Assembly: GCA_964016885.1 (NCBI GenBank)
Contig: OZ024758.1
Span: forward strand, 32,054,001-32,118,000
Reading direction: 5' to 3'
DNA length: 64,000 bases
Source of the DNA: Eledone cirrhosa
Lineage: Eukaryota
Shown here: positions 25,604 through 38,470 of the stretch, piece by piece
Layout: each line of letters starts with the position of its first letter
Numbering within the stretch: the stretch's first letter is position 1
Position numbers and translations under genes: made by a program
The notes under the pieces: model-generated
What the model was told of the DNA's origin: nothing
Seen by the model: the letters and a program-made list of their open reading frames with translations, nothing else
Databases searched by the model: none

Positions 25604-26017
25604 TATATATGTGTCTATGTGTGAATATATGTCTTTATTCGTACGTGTGTATTTATGTGTATATATATATGTTTAGGTGTATGTATGTATGTGTATGTAT
25701 GTGTGTATGTATATATATATGTATATGTATATATATATACGTGTGTATATATGTATATATATATATATATATTATTCTTTATTATTATTGTAATATAACT
25801 TATGTGTATATGTGTATAAGTGAGGTTGTGTATGTATATATACTGTGTGTATATATAAGGGTAATGAAATATATGTATGTATATGTATATATGTATGTGC
25901 ATGTCTGTTTTTTATATGTGTGTGTATATATATATATGTGTGTGTATATATATATATATGTGTGTGTATGTGTGTGTATATATATATATATATATATGTG
26001 TATGTGTGTGTATGTGG

Positions 26018-26055
<38 letters not shown>

Positions 26056-27180
26056 GTGGGTGTTTGTATATATATTTATGGTGGTATGAGTGTGGGGATA
26101 TATATGTTTGTATATATATGTGTATGTATATGTGTATATATATATATATGAGTCTATGTGTGTGTGTATATATATGTGTATGTGTATATGTATATATATA
26201 TATATATATATATGTGTATGTGTGTATGTGTTGCGCGTGAGTGTGTGTGTATTTATATCTTTTTATATGTGTATGTGTATGTTCGTGTAAATGTATGTGT
26301 GTGTATAACAATATAGGTATGTGTGTATGTATGTATGTGTAGATATCTCTATGTGCGCGTACATGTATGTATGTGTATGTATATCTGTATGTGTATGTAC
26401 ATTTATTATATTTTATTGGTTTTATTTTTTTATTTTTCTTAATTTATAGATACATTTATTTTAGGCTGTCTGGTCTGACAATCTAATACTGACCCCTCCC
26501 CCCCCCCCCCCTCCCACCTAATTTCTGTATCTTGATCTTGAAATGTGTGTACCAGTGTTTTATGTGAGTGACTTAATTTCTATTTGCTTATGATTTTATA
26601 TCCGCATATATAAATGTGAGTGGGGGAGTGTGTGTGTTTGTATGTTCGTGGTTATGTGTATATTTATGCATATACGCACATGTATATGTGATTATACTGA
26701 TATGTGTGAGTATGAAAAAAATATATTTATATGCTTGACTCCATAAGTATCTTTGCGTATCTTATCAGCGCATTAAGCTTACAGAGATATTAACCTTGAA
26801 ATTTTGTGTTTACATCCATCTTTTTAGTATACACATACAAATTATACACACATTATTGTAAAATATGTGTAAGGTTTTTACATATATATACACACACCAA
26901 ACTGCTTTTAACCCTTTGTGTTTTCATTGGTCAATTTTGAACTGATATTTTGAATTGTTGTTATTATCAATAAATATACTTCATTATTTCTGAAGACGGC
27001 GTATATATGAGTTAGGTATGTATATTTAATCTTGATAATTTGTATAATTTTGTATAATTTTGTACATAGATCTGTTAAATATGCATACCAATTATAACAC
27101 ATATATGCCCTAGAAACGATCGTTAAATAGTGAACTTTTTTTGTTTAATATAAGGAATTGTTTGTTCATTATTTGTTTAA

Positions 27181-27185
<5 letters not shown>
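21151..27185 (+). mobile_element. Naiad-like Penelope element, copy C (complete ORF region + 3' region)
   Basis: Tandem period with copy B is ~6.17 kb (17583 vs 23746; 20927 vs 27102). It ends in a (TA)n tract. The B/C boundary is nominal because the copies are contiguous. Confidence 0.9.
21305..23746 (+). pseudogene. full-length PLE polyprotein (~813 aa) with one premature stop
   Basis: N-terminal SLKNIPIPSK...FIRRVRWRA followed by RT and GIY-YIG. In-frame TGA at 22172-22174 where copy A has AGA (Arg, 15641-15643 on the minus strand). Confidence 0.85.
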
Positions 27186-27246
<61 letters not shown>

Positions 27247-27249
<3 letters not shown>

Positions 27250-30200
27250 TCATCATGATCATCATTTTACGTCCGCTTTTCCCCGCTTGCAAGTGTGGGA
27301 CGGGTCTTATTCAGCACAGCACTTCTCCACTCGTCACGGTCCTTCGTTATCCCCACCGTGAGCTTCAGCAATCTGAGATCTGTTCTCACCACCTCCGCCC
27401 ATGTTTTTCGTGGTCTACCTCTATCACGTCTTCCTTCAACTGGCATTTCCTGGCACTTCTTCACCCATCGGTCATCCCCCATGCGCATCACATGTCCATA
27501 TATCAGTCTCCTCTCTCGTACACTACATGCTATCCCTCTCAGACACAGTTTCTCTCTCAACACATTCCTGCTGGGTCGTTCACGCACATTGACACTGCAC
27601 ATCCAACGGAGCATGCTTGCCTCATTTCTCTCCAGCCGTCGCATATCCTCTGCAGTTGCTGCCCATGTCTCACTACCATGCAGCATCGCGCTCCTCACAC
27701 AGGCATCATATAACCGGCCTTTCGTACGCAGGGAGAAACCCTTCTTCGCCAGCAGAGAAAGCAGCTACCTAAACTTCTTCCAACCCATCCTTATTCTAGA
27801 TACTATGGCCTCGGAACACCCCCCTCTCTCATGCTAATCTGATCTCCTAGGTACCGCAAGATATCAACCACTTCTATAGAACCCGTGTGCATTTGAAAAA
27901 TGTGTCTATCAATGCGACTTCTACTGTCTAATTTCCCTGTACATCTACTGCATACATATTTCTCCCTACCTGTTAGTTTGCCTTCTATCCCGCTACATCT
28001 CTTGTACCCAGGATCTGCATTGTGTGCATTTTATAGAATTTATGCCAGTTCTGCATATCGAACATGGCCATTTCCCTGACGGAATCAGAATTTTGTCCTC
28101 TTTTCTACTCATTAACACTTTTGTCTTAGCTAGGTTCACTCTCAGTCCTCTTACTTCCAACTGCTGTTTCCATAGCCAGAATTTATTCTCTAGCTCCTCT
28201 ACTGATTCTGCTATAAGAACCAGATCATCAGCATAGAGAAGTTCCCATGGACAGCCAGTATTAAACTCCCCTGTTATGGCTTGGAGGACTATAATGAAGA
28301 AGAGCGGGCTGAGGACCGAACCTTGTATCTGGAATTCCTCACTAAACTCCATTCCTACGCTGACTTTACTGACAGTACCTCTGTACAAAGTTTGCACCGT
28401 CCTCACAAGCTATTCCTCAACACCTAGTTTCCTTAGGAACCACCAGATGACAGATCGGGGTACCCTATCAAAGGCCTTCTCTAGGTCAAGAAAGGCTAAG
28501 TATAGTGGCTTATTCTTCTCTAAGAACCTCTCTTGCAATTGTCTGATCAAGAAGAGGGCATCTGTTGTACTCTTCCCAGGCACAAAACCAAACCGCATCT
28601 CATCTAGTTTGACCCTTTCTCTAATTAGTTGTGCTATGTATGGAGGCACATGGCTTAGTGGTTAGAGCATTGTCCTTGCAATAGAAAGGTTGTGAGTTCA
28701 ATTCTCAGACCGGGTGATGTGTTGTTCCCTTGAGCAAGACACTTTATTTCACATTGCTCCAGCTTACTCAGCTGTAGAAATCAGATGATAGGGACTGAGG
28801 TCCATATCATTCCACTGCAAAGTGGAGGTGCCACGGCAAAAAAACACCCAGCACTCACTGTAAATGAGGTTGGTGTTAGGAAGGGCATCCAGCTGTAGAA
28901 ATCAAGCCAGAATCAGTTCCCGTCCCACCCTTGCAAGCAGGGAAAAGCGGACGTAAAATGAAATGAATGAATGAATGAATATCCTTTCTGCCACTTTCAT
29001 AACCTGATCCATCAGTTTTATACCCCTATAATTGCTCCTCTCCAAAGCATCCCCTTTACCTTTGTAGCAATTTATGAGAATACTGCTGCACCAGTCTTTG
29101 GGTATGACACCACCATAAATAGTCTGATTGATGATGCGTGCAACCAGTTTAGTGCCTACGTCCCCTGATGCCTTCAGCATCTCAGCAACTATCCCCGATG
29201 GTCCAGCAGCCTTACCATATTTCATTTCCTTAATCGCCTCTTGGACCCTATATTCGTCAATCTCAATAGCTGGTCCCTCTGTCGGATATACTGAGGGTAA
29301 CTTCTCTCTCTCCCATTCGTTCTCCACATTCATCAGTCTCTCATAATGACATTTCCAGGCCTCCTTTTTCTGATCATTCGTGACACTAAGTACACCGGCA
29401 TCATCCCGGATACATTTATCTCCAACAACATCCTGATTTGCATTGACACACTGCCTTGCAATGTGGAACACCGCATGCCTCTGATCTTCCCGTCGCAGAA
29501 CATTGGCAAACCTCCTACCCTCAGCCTCCCTGCGTGCTAAGTACACCTGACGTCTAGCTTATCTCTTAGCGGCTGTATATCCTTCTCTACTCCCACCCTT
29601 TTTCCATGCTAGTTTTTTGTTTCTAATGGCCTTATCTACTGTGCTGTTCCCCCACCAGGTTACTCTCTGTCTGGTTGGAGCTCTGCTCCAGCCACAAGTT
29701 TCATCAGTAGCCTGCAGTAAATTGTCACGTAAGAAATTCCAGTTATTATCTATGTCATACGTCTCTAAATCGTCTTCTTTTTCGTCATACACATCTTGAA
29801 GGGCTTTCCTAAATATGTATTTTAGTGAAAGGTCTTTTAGCTTCCAGACCTTTCTTCTCCACACCTTCCTGTATGTCTCATTCCATCTCTTGCTTACTGA
29901 GATATCACTAACGACTAATCTATGCTGTGGGGTACATTCTTCCCCAGGGTATGCCTGACCCGCTGCCTAACTAGTAAGAAGTCAATCTGGCTTATGTGCT
30001 CGCCAGATTTGTAGGTTATTAGGTGGTTGGCAGGTTTCTGGAAGTTAGTGTTGCAAATAGTCAATGTACTTGCATCACAAAATTCAAGAAGTCTCACTCC
30101 TTCATTTCTTGAGCCGTAACCGTGCCCACCATGTACTCCACTGTAACCATCCTGGAGCTGTCCAGCATGACCATTGAAGTCCCCCTGCTAGCATAACGAT

Positions 30201-30408
30201 GTCTCCGTCCTCTGTCATTGCGGTTGTTTGTAAAAGTTGCTCGTAAAAGCAGTCTTTCTCTTCTTTGCCTAGGCCTGCTTGGGGAGCATAGGCAGAGATG
30301 ATTGTCAGTAGTCTCCTGCCTACAACTAGTCTAAGCTTAATTATTCGATTACTAACTCGAACTACCTCTATTGTCTTATTGATCCATCTCTCAGCCAGGA
30401 AAATGCCT
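27247..30408 (-). mobile_element. RTE-clade LINE (family 1), near full-length, degenerate
   Basis: APE endonuclease (IISAYAPQAG, SQIDFLL) and RT (NYRGIKL, FLDLEKAFDRVPR, QGSVLSPL, LYADDLVL), then AMLHGSETW and GRPRKTW, with a (GAT)n tail. Multiple stops and frameshifts. Confidence 0.9.
28641..28980 (+). mobile_element. tRNA-derived SINE with RTE-like 3' end, inserted in the RTE
   Basis: A box tggcttagtggttaga, B box gagttcaattc, core cccttgagcaagacact, tail gcggacgtaaaatgaaatgaatg. Confidence 0.8.
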
Positions 30409-30508
30409 ATATATATATATATATATATATAACGAAGGAAATGTGGTAAGGAACCAGGTGGACCATAACGCACCAAAGTACTCAATACTTGAGGTAGTAG
30501 AGTGGGTA

Positions 30509-30624
30509 ATAGGAACCAGTAAGACCCCGACAGCTGAGCTCAAGCCGTTTCGACGGCTAATTCTGGCCAGAATTAGCCGTCGAAACGGCTTGAGCTCAGC
30601 TGTCGGGGTCTTACTGGTTCCTAT
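30509..30624. repeat. perfect loopless palindrome, 58-bp arms
   Basis: ataggaaccagtaagaccccgacagctgagctcaagccgtttcgacggctaattctgg|ccagaattagccgtcgaaacgg...ggttcctat. The left arm is related to 57470-57528. Confidence 0.9.
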
Positions 30625-30640
30625 ATATATATATATATAT

Positions 30641-30662
30641 ATAGTTTCCATTTGTTAATATC

Positions 30663-30714
<52 letters not shown>

Positions 30715-30736
30715 GATATTAACAAATGGAAACTAT
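30641..30736. repeat. inverted repeat centred on (TA)n
   Basis: atagtttccatttgttaatatcg-(TA)n-cgatattaacaaatggaaactat. Confidence 0.85.
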
Positions 30737-30739
30737 ATT

Positions 30740-32410
30740 TATAAAACCATATTTATTTCATTATACATATTTCAAGGACACCAAGATAAATTATGGTGTG
30801 CTTTCATCAGACAAAATATAACATAGATCAGTTTTATAAATAAATATTGACATACCCTTAAAAAATGCAACCATTACTGTTGGAAGCTCCCGGATAGTGG
30901 AGTTGTTTACTTATATTATTATTAGTATTGGATATTTTTATTTTTAAAATAAGCCGTTGGGTTACAGAGAAAGAAAAAGAAGGAGAGAGACAAAAAGAGA
31001 GAGAGAGAGAAAAGAGAGAGAGAGAGAGAGAGAGACCAAAACAACAGAGAGAGAAAGATAGAGAGAGAGAGAGAGAGAGGAGACAGAGAGAAGGGGAGAG
31101 AACGAAGACTCTAAGTCATAACTTGTTGAGTTAACTTAACAATTGAGATGAAATGAATAAATAAAATTAGAAATGTTAATAATCATGAATGGAATATACA
31201 TATATAATATGAGAAATTAATCATTGCTTAAATATGTTTAGTTAATCATTTAAAAATTGAGATCAATATATTAAAAATTGGGATCTATACATTAAGAAAT
31301 CCATATATTGCTAGAGAACTACATATCATATAACACGTATGCACACGCAAAAATACATATAAATATATATACACACTTATAAAATACATAACATATCTAA
31401 CTACGTATATAATATATACACACAAAGCATAAAGGATTCTTTAATTTAATTTAAGATATAGGAATCTTAAAAATGTTATAATTGTTAAGATATTAAAGGA
31501 AATTTTATGTTATACACACATATGTATATACACAATTCTCACATATACATATATATACATGTGTGTACCCTCAGCCAATAGGTAGATACGCATACATATA
31601 CATACAGACAGACATACATTCATAAAAACGCATAGAACATATGTATATGTATGTCAATACACACATATACATATATACTCACATACAGAGAGAAGTATAT
31701 ATCAATACAGTACATAGTATAATTGAGTACATAAAATACAAAAGGATTATATTACAATTTGGAAATATAATTATAAGCAATATAACTTTAAAAGCAATAC
31801 AATTTTAAAATATTATAGAATATTTTAAGTTATAATTTCAAAATAATAGTATGTTTAATAGATTTAGTATAGAAATTTATCTTACGTATATTTAACTCAA
31901 AATTTTGAAAGGATAAACATTCGAAAATAGGAGAAGCTATCAGAACAATAAGAAGACAATAAAAAATAAGAAATAGGAAATATTTTCTCCTTTCAAGAGC
32001 TCTCAATATATTTCTCTGGAATAGTTTATTATATTTATATTTATTTATATTTAGGAAGAAAAGTTATTTTTACTTGAGTGTATAATCAGTCAAAAAAGAT
32101 GAAGGAATCTAATGATTTATCGACAGGTTTCATATATTAATAAAATTAATTAATTAATTATATACTACATTTTAAATTTATATTTATATTTAAACGTTGA
32201 GTTCAATCTATGTCTGCAGCAACTGAATAAATTATTCCTTAAGTTCAGGGAATTTTTGGTCTTTAATATAAAGAATATTTCCACCATACAAAGATCGCAA
32301 TTTTCTGAAGAGGAGTTAATATCCTATGTTTACTCCAAATACTTGTTGAGTGCTTTATATCAGTTATAAAAATATTTGCTTGTTGTATCCCAACAATTTA
32401 AATAGAACTT
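30740..32410 (-). mobile_element. 3' fragment of another Penelope-like element (GIY-YIG C-terminus + 3' region with decayed hammerhead)
   Basis: Minus strand ~32200-32320 translates ENCDLCMVEIFFILKTKNSLNLRNNLFSCCRH. CTGATGA...GAAAtatgta motif at ~30765-30810. Confidence 0.6.
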
Positions 32411-32550
32411 TTGCATATATATATATGCAACATTGAGGACCGAGTAAGTTAGATTACAGATATAAAAGACAGCGAGAAGCGAAAACCAACCAAACAGTGT
32501 TCTGTTATTAATTCTAGCAATATTACACAAATATGACCCTCCCCAAGTAT

Positions 32551-32634
<84 letters not shown>

Positions 32635-32669
32635 CCTAATTATAAAATGCCTATATATATATATATATA

Positions 32670-35600
32670 GGGTCTAGTTCGGGAGTTCAGGAGCTGTGGG
32701 GAATGTGGAGTTACCCCTTAGTTGTTATAACTCCCAGGTCTGCTCTGGCCTGGAGCAGTAGTACCTGTTAGGGCTCCATTTATGGGTTAAATAACTACCT
32801 TATTCGAGTGGCGCCGGTAAGGTATTGTCAGCCATTGAAAAGAAATATGGAGAGTCTATCTAACAGCACTAGGGTTAGAGCCCCTAATTACACTGTCAAG
32901 GAGCAGCCTGGTCGTTATGACTCTGCTGGCTTAGAGCCACAGGGAGGGCCAATGGATGATGGATCAGCTGTCTCTGAGACAAATATAAAGAATGCAGTTT
33001 TGTCCTGCAGAAGAGCCATCAAAATGGGCACTTTGAATGTGAGGACTATTCGAACGCTGGAGAAGAGAGTGGAGTTGGGACATCTGTTCGAGGAGAGTGG
33101 TATACAGATACTTGCGATCCAAGAACACAGGATCCTACACGATGAGCCCGTGAGGAGTGTGATGATTAGGAAGATGAGCCAGCTCATCACTACATCGGCA
33201 GTGAGGAATATGACCAATGCTGCAGTGGGAGGAGTGGGTTTTGTTTTCAGCACAAAAACCAGTCTATTGGTGAGGGAAATAATACCTGTCTCCCCGCGAG
33301 TGTTGAGGGTGACCTTCAATGGAAACCCAAGACTGACAGTCATCTCAGCCTATAGTCCAACCGAGGGAGACAGTGGTGTGAGTGCGGAAGAGTTCCATGA
33401 GGAGGTGTGTAGAGCTCACAACATCATGCTTGTTTTGAGGGACTTAAATGCACATCTGAGTAAGGAGGGCAGTGAAGATCCTTGCTGGTACTTCCATAAC
33501 AACACCAACCGAAATGGAAGACTACTGAGAGACACCCTGCTGGAGGCGAATTTGATAGCGACCAACCTAAGGTTTAGGAAGAATCCGGAGAAGATGTGGA
33601 CCTACATCTCAGATATGCACCTGTCGAAGTCCCAGATTGATTTCATTCTGGTGAGGAAAAAGTGGCGAAATAGTGTTCTGAACATAGAACCATACAACTA
33701 TTTCAGTACACTGGGTAGTGACCACCGGCTTGTTATGAGTGAGGTCCGGTGAGCTTAAGAAAGAGCAAGGCTCAGCCCTGGAGAGCAATCTATGACTGGG
33801 GAGCTTTCAAGGAAGATGATAAGCTACAGGAGAGGTTCACAGTGGAAGTGAGGAACAGGTTCAGTGCTCTGTGTGGAGAGACAGAGGAGAGAGAGATTGG
33901 ATGGACTCAGGAGAGTGTGACGAGGAGGTACGGGCACTTCACCAATGCAGTGGCGGAAGCAAGTGAGACCCTGGTGCCGAGGAAAAAGAACAAAGGGAAG
34001 CACGTCAGCTCTGCAGACCCAAAAGTGTGTGCAGCCAGAGAACACCTGAAAGCTGCCAAGGACCAATTCTATGCTGATCCTACGGAGGAGAGGATGGAGA
34101 CTGTGGAGGTGATGAGGGAAGAACTCTGTACCGCTTACACTGAGGCCAGAGAAGAGGCACTGATAGAGAAGATCAGAAGTGTGGAGAGAGCGGTTGACAG
34201 GTCTGGATGTAAGGAGAGCTGGATGATCATCAACGAGATCACAGGGAGGAAGAGAAGGTGTTTGAGTCAGATCAATCAAACAGGGCCCGAAGATAGGAAG
34301 AGGAAATGGCTAGACCATTTTAGGACCCTACTAGGAGAGCCACCCTCCACAGCCCAGAGCACTGGGGGGATCAGGCAGCTGTTTGAAGAACTGGATATTG
34401 AGAGAGATCTCTTCACCAGAGAGGAGCTTCAGAGAGCCAAGAAGAAGATCAAGGAGGGCAAGGCTCATGGAGAAGATGGAGAGGCATCAGAGGTGATGAA
34501 GAGGTGTGATTTTGATGATATCATCCTGGGGTTCTGTAACCTGGCACTGGAGAAAGGAGTTGCCCCGAATCAGTGGAGGATCAGTAACATCGTCCCAGTG
34601 CCAAAGAAGGGAGATCTCTCTAACACCAACAACTACAGAGGGATCTCACTGACGTCACTTGTGGCAAAGACCTCAACGGGATGATTCTTAACAGGATCCA
34701 GCCTGAGATGGAGAAGAAGCTCAGGGACAACCAGAACGGCTTCAGAGAGGGAAGATCAACCACAATCCTGATGCTGAGGAGGATATTAGAGGGAGCTAAA
34801 ACAAATGCCTTCCTGCGGTCATGGTTTTCATTGAAGGCCTTTGATTCTGTGGACCGTCACTGCCCGATGAAGATCTTACAGGCTTATGGAATCCACAAGA
34901 AGATAGTGGACCTGATTTCACTGCTCTACACCAACACCAAAGCCCAAGTCATTACACCTGATGGGATGACAGAGTTCTTTGAGATACTGGCTGGAGTGCT
35001 CCAGGGAGATACATTGGCTTCCTACCATTTTATCATCGTAGTGGACTATTGTATGCGCCTTGCACTGGAAAAACACCAGGACTCTGGCTTTACTGTAACA
35101 CCGGCTCAGAGCAGGAGAGTTAAGGCGAAAAAGATATCGGATGCTGAATTTGCCGACGACATAGTTTTGGTGACAAATACAGTGAAGGAGGCAGAGGATT
35201 TGATGCAGGAGGTTGAGACTGTGTCGATGAGTGTGGGGCTGAGAATGAATGAGACTAACACAAAATATCTGGTAGAGAATGTTGAGAAGACAGAGGGGAT
35301 CACTAATGTAGGCGGGAAGCCGCTAGAATTTGTTGAGGACTTACTGTATTTGGGAGCAAAGATTGGGAATACGGAAGATGATGTGGTTGAGAGGAAGAAC
35401 AAAGCCTGGGCGGCGTGCCACAGCTTGAGATCGGTGTGGAAGTCGGACCTTCGTAAAGACCTGAAAATCTGCCTCTTCATTGATGTAGTGAAGTCTGTGC
35501 TGCTGTACGGGTCTGAGACTTGGACACTGACCAAGAAACTCACTCAGATGGTGGATGGGTGTTATACGAGAATGCTGAGGATGGCTCTGAACATTAATCA

Positions 35601-35910
35601 GTATACACTGAGGATGAAAAACTCAGCTGTATGGGAGCCTCCCAAAAGTCAGCTCAAAAGTGACACAGGGGAGACTGAGGTTAGCTGGACATGCTCACCG
35701 GTACCCAGAGATGATATTGCACTCAGTGCTCCTGTGGGAGCCCCTACATGGACACACTGGAAGAGGAAGCCCAAGGTTAATGTATGTTGATGCCCTAAGG
35801 ACAGACACTCGTCTGTTGGAGACGCAGGACATGGCAGCGATAATGAGGGATAGAGATCACTGGAGAGAACTAGTCCATGGATCTCGGCAATTTTACCCGC
35901 CCTAGAATAG
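32670..35910 (+). mobile_element. RTE-like LINE (distinct family), apparently full-length, frameshifted
   Basis: APE (MGTLNVRT, LAIQEHR, VISAYSPT, SQIDFIL, GSDHRLV) and RT (NYRGISL, QNGFREGRST, GVLQGDTLA, FADDIVL, LLYGSETW) across ORFs 32808-3752-style splits at 33752, 34684, 35790 and 35905. Confidence 0.9.
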
Positions 35911-35969
<59 letters not shown>

Positions 35970-36065
35970 GACGGCGATGAATTTGTTTTGCAAGGTTTTT
36001 TTTATATGAAATCGTGTGTCGAAACAAATATTGTTATACTTGGGGAGGGTCATATTGTTTTAATA

Positions 36066-36454
36066 ATATTGCAAGAAATAATAACAGAACACACTCACTG
36101 TTTGGTTGGCTTTCACTTCTGTATCTTTTATATCTCCATATTTAATTCATTTGGCCATCAATATTTATCATAGATTGACCAATGGAGACAAAAATAAATA
36201 AATAAAATAGAAATGGCATAAACATTACAATACAATAGAAGAAAACATGATAATAGTACCACTGATGATGTTGCAGATGTGCAACGAAAGAACTTTAATA
36301 GACTATGTATATACATTTATATCTGTATTTTTAACCGTTGGTCAGTCAATGATAAACATTGATGGTCAAATGAATTAACTATGGAGATATAAAAGATACA
36401 AAAGTGAAAACCAACCAAACAGTGAGTGTGTTCTGTTATTATTTCTGGCAATAT
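36066..36454. repeat. diverged inverted repeat (~120-bp arms) with a hammerhead-like core in the spacer; probable inverted PLE pLTR remnant
   Basis: 36066-36185 mirrors 36335-36454. CTGATGA tgttgca gatg tgcaac GAAA gaactt at ~36262-36295. Confidence 0.65.
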
Positions 36455-36513
36455 CATCATCATCATCATGGTTTAACGTCTATCTTCCACGCTAGCATGG
36501 GTTATATATATGA

Positions 36514-36590
<77 letters not shown>

Positions 36591-36593
36591 TAC

Positions 36594-36917
36594 ATCATCA
36601 TCATCATTTTACGTCCGCTTTTCCTTGCTTGCAAGAAACTCATTCTGGCCTGATTTCTACAACTGGATGCCCTTCGTAACACCAACCTCATTTACAGTGA
36701 GTTCTGGGTGCTTTTCTTTTTGCCGTGGCACCTCCACGACAACTTTACAGTGGAATGATAGGGACCACAGTCCTATCATCTCATTTCTACAGCTGAGTAA
36801 ACTGGAGCAATGTGAAATAAAGTGTCTTGCTCAAGGAAACAACACATCACCCGGTCTGAGAATTGAACTCACAACCTTTCGATTGCAAGCCCAATGCTCT
36901 AACCACTAAGCCATGTA
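36594..36917 (-). mobile_element. tRNA-derived SINE (same family as 28641)
   Basis: Reverse complement of the A/B boxes, core and gcggacgtaaaatgatgatg tail. Confidence 0.8.
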
Positions 36918-36918
36918 C

Positions 36919-37043
<125 letters not shown>

Positions 37044-37142
37044 CTCTCCTACGCCATCTTGTTTTTGTGTGTGTTCACATAAAAACAAGATGGCGTAGGA
37101 CAGAACAAAGGAGAGGCACAAAAACAAAGAAAATAATACCCA

Positions 37143-37185
37143 GTCACTGAAGAGGTTACATAATGTGTGACGAAAGAACTTTGAC
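37143..37185 (+). ncRNA. minimal hammerhead ribozyme motif
   Basis: gtca CTGAAGA ggttaca taatg tgtgac GAAA gaac TT tgac. Part of a ~200-bp repeat also present inverted at 49400-49600. Confidence 0.6.
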
Positions 37186-37412
37186 AATATATGAACAAAC
37201 GTCCGGTTAAGGAACCAACCAACCAACCGGAAATTTATAAATTCTTAAATTTATAAATTTAATTTATAATAAATTGGAGTGAAAGCAACTGGTGCGTGTG
37301 TTTCTTATTGGCAACATGACCCTCCCAAAGCATAACAATATATATATGTATATATATATGAATATATATATATATGAATATATATATATATATGAATATA
37401 TATATATACATA

Positions 37413-37450
<38 letters not shown>

Positions 37451-37622
37451 TACATATATACATATATACATATGAATTTATATATATATATAATCTGAGC
37501 TTTTTGAATATTAATAATAATATTCGATTCGTTTGCAATTATGCAAACAGTCTCTTTCTTAGAGCTATGTCAGTAGAATGAGCCCTCATCCTTGCTATTG
37601 TGTTGGCATGTACATATATATG

Positions 37623-37674
<52 letters not shown>

Positions 37675-37678
<4 letters not shown>

Positions 37679-38038
37679 TCCTATACGAGCAAGACCCGTC
37701 CCACACACCCTGTCCCACCACATCCACAACGCCCCTTTCAATGTAAAGTTATGTTGGTGCCACAACATCCAGGCCGAAACAAATGAGATCGTGTAGGTGT
37801 CACGACAAAAAAACACACAGTCCACGCTGTAATGTGGCCGTGTAGGCAACACGGTAAAAACCTCCCAGTCCCACACTGTAAATGTGATTGGTGTTAGGAA
37901 GGGCATCCAGCTGTAGAAAACCCGCCAGACAGTCCTATGCGAGCAAGACAACCACTCTTGCCTCAAGTGGGAAAACTCCCGTCCAAACCCATGCAAGCGT
38001 GGAAGATGGACGTTAAACGATGATGATGATGATGATGA
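37675..38038 (+). mobile_element. 3' end of an RTE-related element
   Basis: Contains ggtgttaggaagggcatccagctgtagaa and ends ggacgttaaacgatgatgatg. Confidence 0.6.
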
Positions 38039-38084
38039 TAAATAAATTATACAATCATCAAAGTTGTGTTCAAATCATTTAATA

Positions 38085-38129
38085 GCTGACAATCGTTTCT
38101 TCCAAACTCTCATTTGGAATCATCGGAGC
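38085..38129 (-). ncRNA. hammerhead ribozyme motif, CCGAUGA variant
   Basis: Minus strand: gct CCGATGA ttccaaa tgagag tttggaa GAAA cgattg TC agc. Homologous to 62405-62451. Confidence 0.55.
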
Positions 38130-38335
38130 ATTATCAATGTTTGCACATATAAAACATGTAAAACATGTAAAACAACTGATGTTCATACATTGAGCTATTT
38201 TTCTTACTGGTAATAAGGTAATAAAGAAATTACTGACCTTCCTGTTTATAGTTGTTTATACTATATACATAACTATAAATAGTATTATTATAATATATAT
38301 ATATAAATGTATATACATAAATATATAATATATAC

Positions 38336-38390
<55 letters not shown>

Positions 38391-38392
<2 letters not shown>

Positions 38393-38470
38393 ATATAAGA
38401 TCAAAAGATGGTTAAAGGAGTTCCAATAAAATACATGGAACTCCTTTAACCATCTTTTGATCTTATATTA
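38391..38470. repeat. perfect hairpin, 35-bp arms, 10-nt loop
   Basis: taatataagatcaaaagatggttaaaggagttcca ataaaataca tggaactcctttaaccatcttttgatcttatatta. Confidence 0.9.

Noticed and set aside
27295-27837. Long ORFs antisense to RTE coding sequence (also 62561-63052, 51974-52465, 33824-34279, 35106-35543)
   Set aside because: They are shadow frames of LINE ORF2 that recur only because the LINE is repeated.
32304-32345. ctgaagaggagt...actcc resembling a hammerhead on the + strand
   Set aside because: The GAAA core is absent and the sequence is the antisense of a GIY-YIG C-terminal coding remnant.
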